Below are positions 42,879-51,284 of a stretch of DNA of 64,000 bases, one piece after another. The translations under genes and the position numbers were made by a program. This DNA comes from Actinomycetota bacterium. Its GTDB lineage: Bacteria > Actinomycetota > Acidimicrobiia > Acidimicrobiales > JAJPHD01. The stretch spans positions 334,722 to 398,721 of the forward strand of contig JAJPHD010000026.1 in assembly GCA_021325455.1 (NCBI GenBank), written 5' to 3'. Position 1 is the first letter of the stretch; every line of letters starts with the position of its first letter. Below the pieces are notes generated by a model. That model saw only the letters and a list, made by a program, of their open reading frames with translations. It ran no database searches and had not been told where the DNA came from.

Positions 42879-44110
42879 TATGCGCCGATGCCGTGGTGGT
42901 GGGCGCCGGCCCGGCGGGATCGGCGGCAGCCATCACCCTGGCCCGGGCGGGCCGGGACGTGCTGCTCGTGGACAAGGCCCGCTTCCCGAGGGACAAGTGC
43001 TGCGGGGACGGGCTCACCACGGGAGCGGTGCGCTGGCTGGAGCGCCTGGGGCTCCGCCCCCAAGGGGTGCGGTCCTGGACGCCGGTCGAGGACATCTGGA
43101 TCCGCTCCCCGTCAGGCCGGGTCGCCCGCTACCCCCTGCCCCGGGGGCATGGCTCGTACGGGGCCGTGGCCCGCCGGGTCGACCTGGACGCGGCCCTGGT
43201 GGAGGAGGCCCGCCGGGCCGGCGCCGAGGTGAGGGACGGCCACAGCCTGGTAGGGGTGGACACAGGGGGGGCCGGTAGCTGGACCATCGAGCTCGAGGTG
43301 GAGGGCCTGGGCACGGTCCGCACCCGCTACGCCATAGCGGCCGACGGCATGTGGTCCCCCCTGCGCAAGCAGGCGGGCCTTCTGGAGGACCACGCCTACC
43401 GGGGGGAGTGGCATGCCTTCCGCCAGTACTTCACGGACGTCACCGGCCCGGCGGCCGAACAGCTCTGGGTGTGGTTCGAGCCTGCCCTCCTCCCCGGCTA
43501 TGCCTGGTCCTTCCCCCTGCCCGGAGGGGCGGCCAACGTGGGCTTCGGCGTCCGCCGGGGCCCGGGGTTCCGGGGATCGGTGATGGCCCGTCTCTGGCCC
43601 GAGGTCCTGGCCCTCCCCCACGTCCGGGAGCTGCTCGGGCCGCACGCCCGGCCCGCCGCCCCCCACCGGGCCTGGCCCATACCGGCCCGGCTGGCCCGGA
43701 GCGCCCTCGCCGGTGCCGGGGGGAGGGTCCTCTTGGCCGGGGACGCCGCCCGGGCTAGCGACCCCATGACCGGAGAGGGCATCGCCCAGGCCCTGGAGAC
43801 CGGGGCCCTGGCCGCCCGGGCCATCCTGGCCGCCGGGGCCCTGGCCCCGAGGAGGGCCGCCTGCCTCTACCAGAGGGCGGTGTCCTCGGGGCTGGCCCTG
43901 GACAACCGCCTGGCCGGGGCCCTGTCCCGGGTCCTGCGCACACCTCTGGGGGCCCGGGGGGCGGTGCGGGCCACCTCGGCCAACGAATGGGTGGCGGGCC
44001 ACTTCGCCCGCTGGCTCTACGAGGACTACCCGCGGGCGCTCCTGGCCACCCCCTGGCGGTGGCGCCATGGGGCCCTGGAGCGAGAAGGAGCGTGGGCCGC
44101 AGCCCCCTGA
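42875..44110 (+). CDS. geranylgeranyl-reductase-family FAD-dependent oxidoreductase
   Basis: The GTG at 42875 overlaps the upstream stop (GTGA). ADAVVVGAGPAGSAAA...LLVDKARFPRDKCCGDGLT, and later LLAGDAARASDPMTGEGI. Confidence 0.8.
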   Translation: MICADAVVVGAGPAGSAAAITLARAGRDVLLVDKARFPRDKCCGDGLTTGAVRWLERLGLRPQGVRSWTPVEDIWIRSPSGRVARYPLPRGHGSYGAVARRVDLDAALVEEARRAGAEVRDGHSLVGVDTGGAGSWTIELEVEGLGTVRTRYAIAADGMWSPLRKQAGLLEDHAYRGEWHAFRQYFTDVTGPAAEQLWVWFEPALLPGYAWSFPLPGGAANVGFGVRRGPGFRGSVMARLWPEVLALPHVRELLGPHARPAAPHRAWPIPARLARSALAGAGGRVLLAGDAARASDPMTGEGIAQALETGALAARAILAAGALAPRRAACLYQRAVSSGLALDNRLAGALSRVLRTPLGARGAVRATSANEWVAGHFARWLYEDYPRALLATPWRWRHGALEREGAWAAAP

Positions 44111-44188
44111 GGCCCAAGGGGGCGCCCGGGCCCCCGACCTCTCCCGGCTCCCGTTGTCCGCTCCCCGAGGCGGTCCTACGCTTCGGCC

Positions 44189-45838
44189 ATGACGCCCTCC
44201 TATGCCCACGGGGCCAGCTCCACCCCCCTCCTCGGCGAGACGATCGGGGCCAACCTGGAGCGCACCGTCCGCCGCCACCCCGACTCCGAGGCCCTGGTGT
44301 CCCTCCACCAGGGGTTGCGGTACACCTGGGCCCAGTTCGACTCCGCCGTGGACACCGTGGCCCTCGGGCTCATGGGCCGGGGCATCGAAGCCGGCGACCG
44401 CGTCGGCATCTGGAGTCCCAACCGCGCCGAGTGGGCGATCATCCAGTACGCCACGGCCAAGATCGGGGCCATACTCGTCAACATCAACCCCGCCTACCGG
44501 GTGACGGAGCTGGAGTACGCCCTCGGCCAGTCGGGGTGCAGGATGCTCGTCTCGGCCCCGTCGTTCAGGGACAGCGACTACCGGGCCATGGTGGCCGAGG
44601 TGCGCGCCGGGCTGGGGGCGCTGGAGGACGTGGTCTTCCTCGACTCCCCCGACTGGGACGGCCTGGTCGAGGCGGGCGAGGGCGCCGGAGCGGAGGGGCG
44701 GGACCGGCTGCGCCGGCGCATGGCCGGCCTGCAGTTCGACGACCCCATCAACATCCAGTACACGAGCGGCACCACCGGGTTCCCCAAGGGGGCCACCCTC
44801 TCCCACCACAACATCTTGAACAACGGGTACTTCATAGGGGAGGGCTGCGGCTACTCCGAGTCCGACCGGGTGTGCATCCCGGTGCCCTATTACCACTGTT
44901 TCGGGATGGTGCTCGGCAACCTGGCGTGCACCACGCACGGGGCCTGCATCGTCCTCCCCTCGGCTGGCTTCGACCCGTTGGCGGTGCTGGAGGCCGTCCA
45001 GGATGAGCGCTGCACGAGCCTCTACGGGGTGCCGACCATGTTCATCGCCGAGCTCTCCCACCCCCGCTTCAGCGAGTTCGACCTCTCCAGCCTCCGCACC
45101 GGCATCATGGCCGGCTCCCCCTGCCCCGTGGAGATCATGAAGCGGGCGGTGTCGGAGATGCACATGACCGAGGTGACCATCTGCTACGGCATGACCGAGA
45201 CCTCTCCTGTATCCACCCAGACCGGCGCCGAGGACAGCTTGGACCAGCGGGTCTCCACCGTCGGCAGGGTGCACCCCCACGTGGAGATCAAGATCGTGGA
45301 CCCCGCCACCGGCGCCGTGGTCCCGAGAGGGCAGCCCGGGGAGCTGCTCACCCGGGGATACTGCGTGATGCTCGGCTACTGGGACGACCCCGGCCGCACC
45401 GCCGAGGCCATAGACCGGGCCCGCTGGATGCACACGGGGGACCTGGCGACCATGGACGAGGAGGGCTACGTGAAGATCGTGGGGCGCTCCAAGGACATGG
45501 TCATAAGGGGCGGGGAGAACATCTACCCGCGGGAGGTGGAGGAGTTCATATACGGCCACCCCGAGGTGGAGGACGTCCAGGTGATCGGAGTGCCCGACGC
45601 CCGCTACGGCGAGGAGCTGATGGCCTGGGTCCGCCTGCGCCCGGGGGCGAGGGTCGACGAGGAGGGGATAAGGGAGTTCTGCCGGGGCCGCATCGCCCAC
45701 TACAAGGTGCCCCGCTACGTGAAGTTCGTGGACGAGTTCCCCATGACCGTGACGGGGAAGGTCCAGAAGTTCAAGATGCGGGAGATGGCCGTAGCCGAGC
45801 TGGGCCTGGAGGAGGCGGCGGCCACCGAGACGGCCTGA
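44189..45838 (+). CDS. AMP-binding fatty-acid/acyl-CoA ligase (FadD-like)
   Basis: 549 aa. [62 protein letters not shown]. Confidence 0.85.
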   Translation: MTPSYAHGASSTPLLGETIGANLERTVRRHPDSEALVSLHQGLRYTWAQFDSAVDTVALGLMGRGIEAGDRVGIWSPNRAEWAIIQYATAKIGAILVNINPAYRVTELEYALGQSGCRMLVSAPSFRDSDYRAMVAEVRAGLGALEDVVFLDSPDWDGLVEAGEGAGAEGRDRLRRRMAGLQFDDPINIQYTSGTTGFPKGATLSHHNILNNGYFIGEGCGYSESDRVCIPVPYYHCFGMVLGNLACTTHGACIVLPSAGFDPLAVLEAVQDERCTSLYGVPTMFIAELSHPRFSEFDLSSLRTGIMAGSPCPVEIMKRAVSEMHMTEVTICYGMTETSPVSTQTGAEDSLDQRVSTVGRVHPHVEIKIVDPATGAVVPRGQPGELLTRGYCVMLGYWDDPGRTAEAIDRARWMHTGDLATMDEEGYVKIVGRSKDMVIRGGENIYPREVEEFIYGHPEVEDVQVIGVPDARYGEELMAWVRLRPGARVDEEGIREFCRGRIAHYKVPRYVKFVDEFPMTVTGKVQKFKMREMAVAELGLEEAAATETA

Positions 45839-45985
45839 GGCGGTCGGCTGGCCCCTCGGGGACAAGCCGTGGGGTGACAGCGGCCGCCGCCTGGGACCCC
45901 CGGGCAGCCGCACGGTCCACATCCCTTTGGTCAGCCTGGCCCAGCGCTAGCGTGAGGCGGCTGCAACTACCCATGGAGGTGAGCC

Positions 45986-46405
45986 ATGAAAGGATTCCGG
46001 GACTTCCTCCTCAAGGGGAACCTCGTCTCGGCGGCAGTCGCCTTCGTTATGGCCCTGGCCTTCGCTGCTCTCGTGCAGGCCTTCGTCAAGGCCTGGATAA
46101 CGCCGTCGATCGCCCTGGCCGCCGGGGGCCACGGCAACTTCGCCAACAGCGGCTTCCACATCGGCAAGGTGCTCTATCCCTGGGGCTCCTTCATCAACGC
46201 CCTCATCGCCTTCATCATCATCTCCGCCGCTGTCTATTTCATGGTCGTCATCCCCTTCACCCATCTGATGGCACGCCTCGGGCTGGGGCCGGCGCCCATG
46301 AAGTCCTGCCCCGAGTGCCTGAGCCAGATCCCCGCCGCCGCTTCCCGGTGCTCGTTCTGCACCGCCCTCCAGCCCCCCACCGTGGACCTCCCCCCCGCCA
46401 CCTAG
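45986..46405 (+). CDS. mscL: large-conductance mechanosensitive channel MscL with C-terminal CxxC-X10-CxxC zinc-ribbon-like tail
   Basis: 139 aa. MKGFRDFLLKGNLVSAAVAFVMALAF (MscL TM1 signature) and TM2 INALIAFIIISAAVYFMVV. The tail is CPECLSQIPAAASRCSFC. GGAGGTG SD 5 nt before the ATG. Confidence 0.9.
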   Translation: MKGFRDFLLKGNLVSAAVAFVMALAFAALVQAFVKAWITPSIALAAGGHGNFANSGFHIGKVLYPWGSFINALIAFIIISAAVYFMVVIPFTHLMARLGLGPAPMKSCPECLSQIPAAASRCSFCTALQPPTVDLPPAT

Positions 46406-46470
46406 ACAAGGAGGACGGGGAGGTCAGCCGGGGAAGGCATAGCGCCCCTGGCGGGCCCTTCACCGGGGTG

Positions 46471-47358
46471 TCAGGGAACTTCGTCGCCGGTGGCCGTTGG
46501 GGCTTCCTGAGAGACCTGGCCGGTTACCAGCGGGGACCGGGCCAGGGCGATCACCCCGGCCACGATGATGACGGCGCTCACCGCCTCGATGACAGGTGCG
46601 GGACCGCCCTGGCTGATCTGCTCGCCGAAGAGGAAGACCCCGAGGATGGCGCCGACCACGGGTTCGGCGATGGTCATGGCCGGCACGGAGGCCGCCAGGT
46701 GGGTCGCCTGGTAGGCACCCTGGGACAGGAGGAGCCCCAGGATGGCGAGGGCACCCAGGGTCCATGGCTCCCAGCTCTCCGCCACCCGCACGACGGACAC
46801 CCCGAGCAGGGCCACCGTCGACTTGGTGACCACGTCGGCCAGCCCGTTGGTGATGCCGGCGGCGACCCCGAGCAGCAGGGCCCGGGGCCCGCCATGGGTC
46901 CTGGCCCCCAGGACCACCAGGGGAGCGCAGCACACGAACACCGAAGCGCCGGCAAGTATCCAGCGGGCGCTGGAGGCCGTGCTGGCACCTCCCGTCGGGT
47001 TCCCCACCACCAAGAAGGCGGCGATACCCCCGGTGGTGGCCACCGTGGCCAGCCAGTCCCGGGCGCTCATGCGCTGATGGGCCCACGCCGAGGCCAGGGG
47101 GAGCGTGAAGACCAGGCTCGTGGCCAGGAGCGGCTCCACCTCGACCACGTTGCCGGTGCCGAGGGCCACCGCCTCCGCCACGTAGCCGCCCAGCAGCGTG
47201 GCCACCCCGATCAGCCACAGCGGGCGCCGCACCAGGCGGGCCAGCACGATGGCGCTGAGGCCGGAACCGATGTCGCCCTCCACGCCGCCTTGCTGTTGGA
47301 GCACCGATGCCAGGGCGAAGGCGGCAGCTGCCGCCAGCGAGACGGCGAGGACCGTCAC
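46471..47358 (-). CDS. DMT-superfamily-like 10-TM transporter (paralog A)
   Basis: 295 aa, about 10 hydrophobic helices. The N-terminal FALASVLQQ motif is shared with the divergent neighbour. GTG start. Confidence 0.6.
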   Translation of the reverse strand: MTVLAVSLAAAAAFALASVLQQQGGVEGDIGSGLSAIVLARLVRRPLWLIGVATLLGGYVAEAVALGTGNVVEVEPLLATSLVFTLPLASAWAHQRMSARDWLATVATTGGIAAFLVVGNPTGGASTASSARWILAGASVFVCCAPLVVLGARTHGGPRALLLGVAAGITNGLADVVTKSTVALLGVSVVRVAESWEPWTLGALAILGLLLSQGAYQATHLAASVPAMTIAEPVVGAILGVFLFGEQISQGGPAPVIEAVSAVIIVAGVIALARSPLVTGQVSQEAPTATGDEVP

Positions 47359-47405
47359 CTGGGTGCGCTACTTTCGTCGGGCGGTGGCCGCCGCCCATCC
47401 TTCCC

Positions 47406-47464
47406 GGGGTAGCCCCTGGCCAGAGGAGGTGGCCCGAAGTGGAGGCCAGGGGAACCGCTACCCC
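47406..47464. repeat. long inverted repeat / hairpin in the divergent intergenic region between the two transporter paralogs
   Basis: GGGGTAGCCCCTGGCC (47406-21) pairs with GGCCAGGGG-AACCG-CTACCCC (47444-64): 9+7 bp with a 5-nt bulge. The 22-nt loop contains AGGAGG. Confidence 0.5.
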
Positions 47465-47469
47465 AATCG

Positions 47470-48630
47470 ATGTTCCACAGCATGATCCAGCTCATCCCAC
47501 ACCAGGTCGTCCCACTCGGGCACTCTCAAGCTAATGGCGTGGTGGTCGTCACCGTGGCCGCCCTGGGCGCAGCCCTCCTGTTCGCCCTGGCCTCGGTGCT
47601 GCAACATCGCTCGGCTGAGCGGGAGTCGGAGGAGGCCACCTTCCGGGTGCACCACATGGGCCGCCTCGTGCTCCGGCCCGTGTGGCTGGCGGGGATCCTC
47701 GCTGACGCCGGGGGCTACGTCCTGCAGTTCATCGCCCTGAGGCAGGGGACCCTCGTCGTGGTCCAGGTCCTGCTGGTGAGCGGCCTCCTCTTCGCCCTGC
47801 CGCTGGCGGCGGCCTTCAACCGGCGCCGCCCCCACACCGTGGAGCTCGTGGGTGCCCTTGCCGTGGTGTGCGGGCTCGCCCTGTTCCTGGTCGTGGCCCG
47901 GCCTGCCCCCGGCTTCGTGGAGGCCTCGAACTTCACCTGGGGCCTGACCCTGATTGGCACCTTGGTGCCTGCCGGCCTGCTGGTGGGCCTGGCCGGGCGG
48001 AGGCCGGGGATCAGGCGGGCGGTGCTGCTGGCAGCAGCGTCCGGCATCGCCTACGGGCTCACGGCCGCCCTGACCAAGGCCACGGCCGACCTGCTCAGCT
48101 TCGGATGGCTCCGGCTGGCTCTCGGATGGCAGACCTACGCCCTGGCCGCCATCGGGCTGCTTACGCTCTTCATGACCCAGAAGGCATTCCACGCCGGGCC
48201 CCTGCGCGCCTCCCTGCCGACCCTCAGCGTCGTGGACCCGGTGGTGAGCATCATCATCGGGGCCCTGGCCCTGGGCGAGAGCATCGCCACCGTGGGACTG
48301 CACCTGCCCGTGGAGGTGCTGGCCCTGGCCCTGCTCACGGTGGGCGTCGTCATCCTGGCCCGCTCCACCCTGGTGAGCGGCGAGGTGCCGTCCCCGGGGG
48401 GCAAGGAGGGCCGGGCCGGCCCGCCCGGACTTCCCGGCCCGGCCCCCAGCCCGTCCCGGGGCCCGGCCCAGGGTCCCAATCCCGTCAGCCACGCTTCCCC
48501 CCCACTACCGTGGCCCTTCCATGAGCTCCCTACCTCCCCGCCGGCTGACCCAGTACAGCCACGGCGCTGGCTGAGCCTGCAAGCTCGCCCCGGGCGAGCT
48601 GGCACAGGTTCTGCGCCGCCTGACCCCTAG
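47470..48630 (+). CDS. DMT-superfamily-like 10-TM transporter (paralog B) with P/G-rich C-terminal tail
   Basis: 386 aa as listed. The true start is probably GTG 47539 (VVVVTVAALGAALLFALASVLQH aligns with the paralog A N-terminus). The last 110 nt overlap selD out of frame and have lower GC3 than the selD frame. Confidence 0.6.
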   Translation: MFHSMIQLIPHQVVPLGHSQANGVVVVTVAALGAALLFALASVLQHRSAERESEEATFRVHHMGRLVLRPVWLAGILADAGGYVLQFIALRQGTLVVVQVLLVSGLLFALPLAAAFNRRRPHTVELVGALAVVCGLALFLVVARPAPGFVEASNFTWGLTLIGTLVPAGLLVGLAGRRPGIRRAVLLAAASGIAYGLTAALTKATADLLSFGWLRLALGWQTYALAAIGLLTLFMTQKAFHAGPLRASLPTLSVVDPVVSIIIGALALGESIATVGLHLPVEVLALALLTVGVVILARSTLVSGEVPSPGGKEGRAGPPGLPGPAPSPSRGPAQGPNPVSHASPPLPWPFHELPTSPPADPVQPRRWLSLQARPGRAGTGSAPPDP

Positions 48631-49594
48631 CACCCACCCGGACCTCCTGGTGGGAACCAGCACCGGTGACGACGCCGCCGTGTGGCGCCTGGACCAGTCG
48701 CGCGCCCTGGTGGTGACGGCCGACTTCATCACCCCGGTGGTGGACGATGCCCGGACCTGGGGGCGCATAGCGGCGGTAAACGCTGCCAGTGACGTGTGGG
48801 CCATGGGGGGCCGCCCCCTCCTGGCCCTCAACCTCGTGGCCTGGAACTCCGAGGAGCTGGGCACAGACGTGCTGGTGGAGGTCCTGGAGGGGGCCGCCGA
48901 GGCGGCCACCGAGGGACACTGGGTGGTGGCGGGCGGTCACACGGTGGACGACCCGGAGCCCAAGTTCGGCCAGGCCGTGGTGGGCGAGGCTCACCCCGGC
49001 CGCCTCCTCACCAATGCCGGCCTGCGCCCGGGCGACCACCTGGTGCTGACCAAGGCCCTCGGCACGGGGATCGTGACCACTGCCCTCAAGGCGGGGGTGG
49101 CCACCACCGAGGTGGAGGCGGCGGCGGTGGCCTCCATGGGCCGCCTCAACGACCAGGCCGCCGAGCAGGCCCTCCTGGCGGGGGCCACGGGCGCCACCGA
49201 CATCACGGGCTTCGGGCTCCTCGGCCACCTGGCCAAGATGGCCGAGGCCTCGGGGGTCGACGTGACCCTGGACGCCGCCGCCGTGCCCCTCCTCCCCGGG
49301 GCGGGCGAGCTGGCCCTCGCCGGCCATGTCCCGGGAGGCAGCCGGCGCAACCTGGACTGGGTGCGGGAGCGCCTGGCCACGACGCCGGAGGGCCCGGGGC
49401 CCGACGACCTCACCCTCACGGTCCTGGCCGACGCCCAGACCTCAGGGGGGTTGCTGTTCGGCGCCCCCCTGGAGGCGGCCGCGGCGGCGGCGGCCGCCCT
49501 GCGGGCCAGCGGTCATGCCGCCGCCGTGATCGGGGCCGTCACCGGGCTAGGCACCGGCCGCATTGCCCTCAGCGGCCGCCTGGCTCCCTCCTGA
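48521..49594 (+). CDS. selD: selenide, water dikinase SelD, selenocysteine-containing (in-frame TGA at 48572-48574)
   Basis: Own translation from ATG 48521: MSSLPPRRLTQYSHGAG-TGA-ACKLAPGELAQVL..., compared with E. coli RLTQYSHGAGCGCKISP. The TGA sits exactly at the catalytic Cys/Sec. The same frame continues into track ORF 48650..49594 (GDDAAV, GGHTVDD, DITGFGLLGH, PGGSRRN). Confidence 0.9.
48576..48608 (+). promoter_or_regulatory. SECIS-like hairpin immediately downstream of the selD UGA
   Basis: Lower stem CCUG/CAGG (48576-79 / 48605-08), an internal loop, then upper stem AGCUCGC/GCGAGCU (48582-88 / 48594-600) with apical loop CCCGG. The apex is about 17-20 nt after the UGA. Confidence 0.6.
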
Positions 49595-49718
49595 GCCCTT
49601 CGGGCGGTCCCTCCCCTGATGGGGCCACCGCCGGGCCCCGGCCCGTCCTTCTCCTTGCGGGCGCCAGGGCCGGGCCCGCCCCCGGGCCCCCTCCATCGGG
49701 CATCCTCTGGCCCAGCGA

Positions 49719-51284
49719 TCAGTCCTGGAGCCGGAACCCCGGGTCCCCGGCCAGCTCCCCCACGTCCATCTGGGCCCGCTGCAGGTGGCCCGAGTAGTCC
49801 CAGTTGACGGCCTGCCAGCGGGTGAACTGGTCGAGCACCCACATACCCGACTGACGGCTGCCGTTGCCGGACTTGCCGTTCCCGCCGAAGGGAAGGTGGG
49901 CCTCCGCCCCGGAGGTGGAGTTGTTGATGCTCACCATGCCGGCGCTGATGCCCCGGCGGAAGTGGAAGGCCGAAGTGGCCGATGTCGTGTAGATGGACGA
50001 TGACAGCCCGTAGCCCGAGGCATTGGCCAGCGAGAGGGCGTGGTCGAGGTCCACGCACGACGCCACCCCTACGATGGGGCCAAAGGTCTCGGTAACGAGC
50101 AGGTCATCGCCTGCCACCACCCCGTCCACGATGGTGGGATGGCAGTAGAGCCCGGCGTCGGGGTCCCCGACGAACCCCTCCCTCGGGCTCTCCCCGCTGG
50201 TGATGCGCCCGGTGCCGGTCGACCCCAGCACCCGATGATGGGGCTGCACCAGCCCCAGGTGGTCATCGCAGAAGCGCTGCAGGAACCTCTCGTCCAGCAT
50301 GGGGCCGTAGAGCACGTCCCGGAAGGGGTCCCCGATGGCCGCCGTCGCCACCCGGCCCGCTAGGCGCTCCACGAACTGGTCGTGGACGGCCTCCTCGACG
50401 ATGGCGGTGCCGAGCGAGGTGCAGCGCTGGCCGGCGGTGCCGAAGCCGGAGAACAGGGCCCCCTCCACGGCCAGGTCCAGGTCGGCGTCGGCCATGACCA
50501 CCATGGGGTTCTTGCCCCCCAGCTCCAGGCAAGGGGACTGGAGGTGGCTCCCGCACAGCTCCCCGATCCTGGCCCCCACCTCCGACGAGCCCGTGAAGCC
50601 CACCTTGTCCACCAGGCCGGCGTCGAGCGCCTGGGAGAGGCCCGTGAAGGTGGCCGGCCCGTCCGCCATGACCAGGTTGAGGACCCCCGGGGGCAGGCCC
50701 CCCTGGTTGAAGATCTCGAACAGGGCGGCGGCGCTGGCGGCGGCGTACTCGGCGGGCTTCCACACCACGGTGTTGCCGCACAGGAGCGCCGGCACCAGGT
50801 ACCACGACGGGACGGCCACCGGGAAGTTCCCGGCCGTTATCACCGCCACCACGCCCACCGGGTTGCGGTAGGTGAAGAGGGCCTTGTCCGGCATCTCCGA
50901 GGGGACGGTCTGGCCGTAGAGCCGCCGGCCCTCGCCGAGGAAGAAGTCGCAAGTGTCCACGATCTCCTGCACCTCGCCGCGCGCCTCCACCAGCGGCTTG
51001 CCGATGTCGCGCGTCACCAGGCGGGCCAGGGCCTCCTTGTTGGCTTCCACCAGGCGCCCGATCTGGGCGATGGCCCGTCCCCGCACCGGCGCCGGGACGT
51101 CGGCCCAGGCCAGCTGGGCGGACCGGGCCGCCTGGCAGGCCTCGGCCAGGGTGGCGGCGTCCCCGAGCGCCACCTCGGCCACCACCTCGTCCAGGTGGGC
51201 CGGGTTGCGGGAGCTCAACTTGCCCCCGGGGCCGGCGGGGTCGGCCTTGCCGGCGATGACCGAGCACACGGTGCGGGTGCTCAT
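49719..51284 (-). CDS. pcd: aldehyde dehydrogenase, probable piperideine-6-carboxylate (alpha-aminoadipate-semialdehyde) dehydrogenase
   Basis: Start re-set to ATG 51284, which overlaps the lat stop (ATGA). ALDH motifs WKPAE, FTGSSEVG, ELGGKNP, catalytic GQRCTS. The specific function is inferred from coupling to lat. Confidence 0.8.
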   Translation of the reverse strand: MSTRTVCSVIAGKADPAGPGGKLSSRNPAHLDEVVAEVALGDAATLAEACQAARSAQLAWADVPAPVRGRAIAQIGRLVEANKEALARLVTRDIGKPLVEARGEVQEIVDTCDFFLGEGRRLYGQTVPSEMPDKALFTYRNPVGVVAVITAGNFPVAVPSWYLVPALLCGNTVVWKPAEYAAASAAALFEIFNQGGLPPGVLNLVMADGPATFTGLSQALDAGLVDKVGFTGSSEVGARIGELCGSHLQSPCLELGGKNPMVVMADADLDLAVEGALFSGFGTAGQRCTSLGTAIVEEAVHDQFVERLAGRVATAAIGDPFRDVLYGPMLDERFLQRFCDDHLGLVQPHHRVLGSTGTGRITSGESPREGFVGDPDAGLYCHPTIVDGVVAGDDLLVTETFGPIVGVASCVDLDHALSLANASGYGLSSSIYTTSATSAFHFRRGISAGMVSINNSTSGAEAHLPFGGNGKSGNGSRQSGMWVLDQFTRWQAVNWDYSGHLQRAQMDVGELAGDPGFRLQD

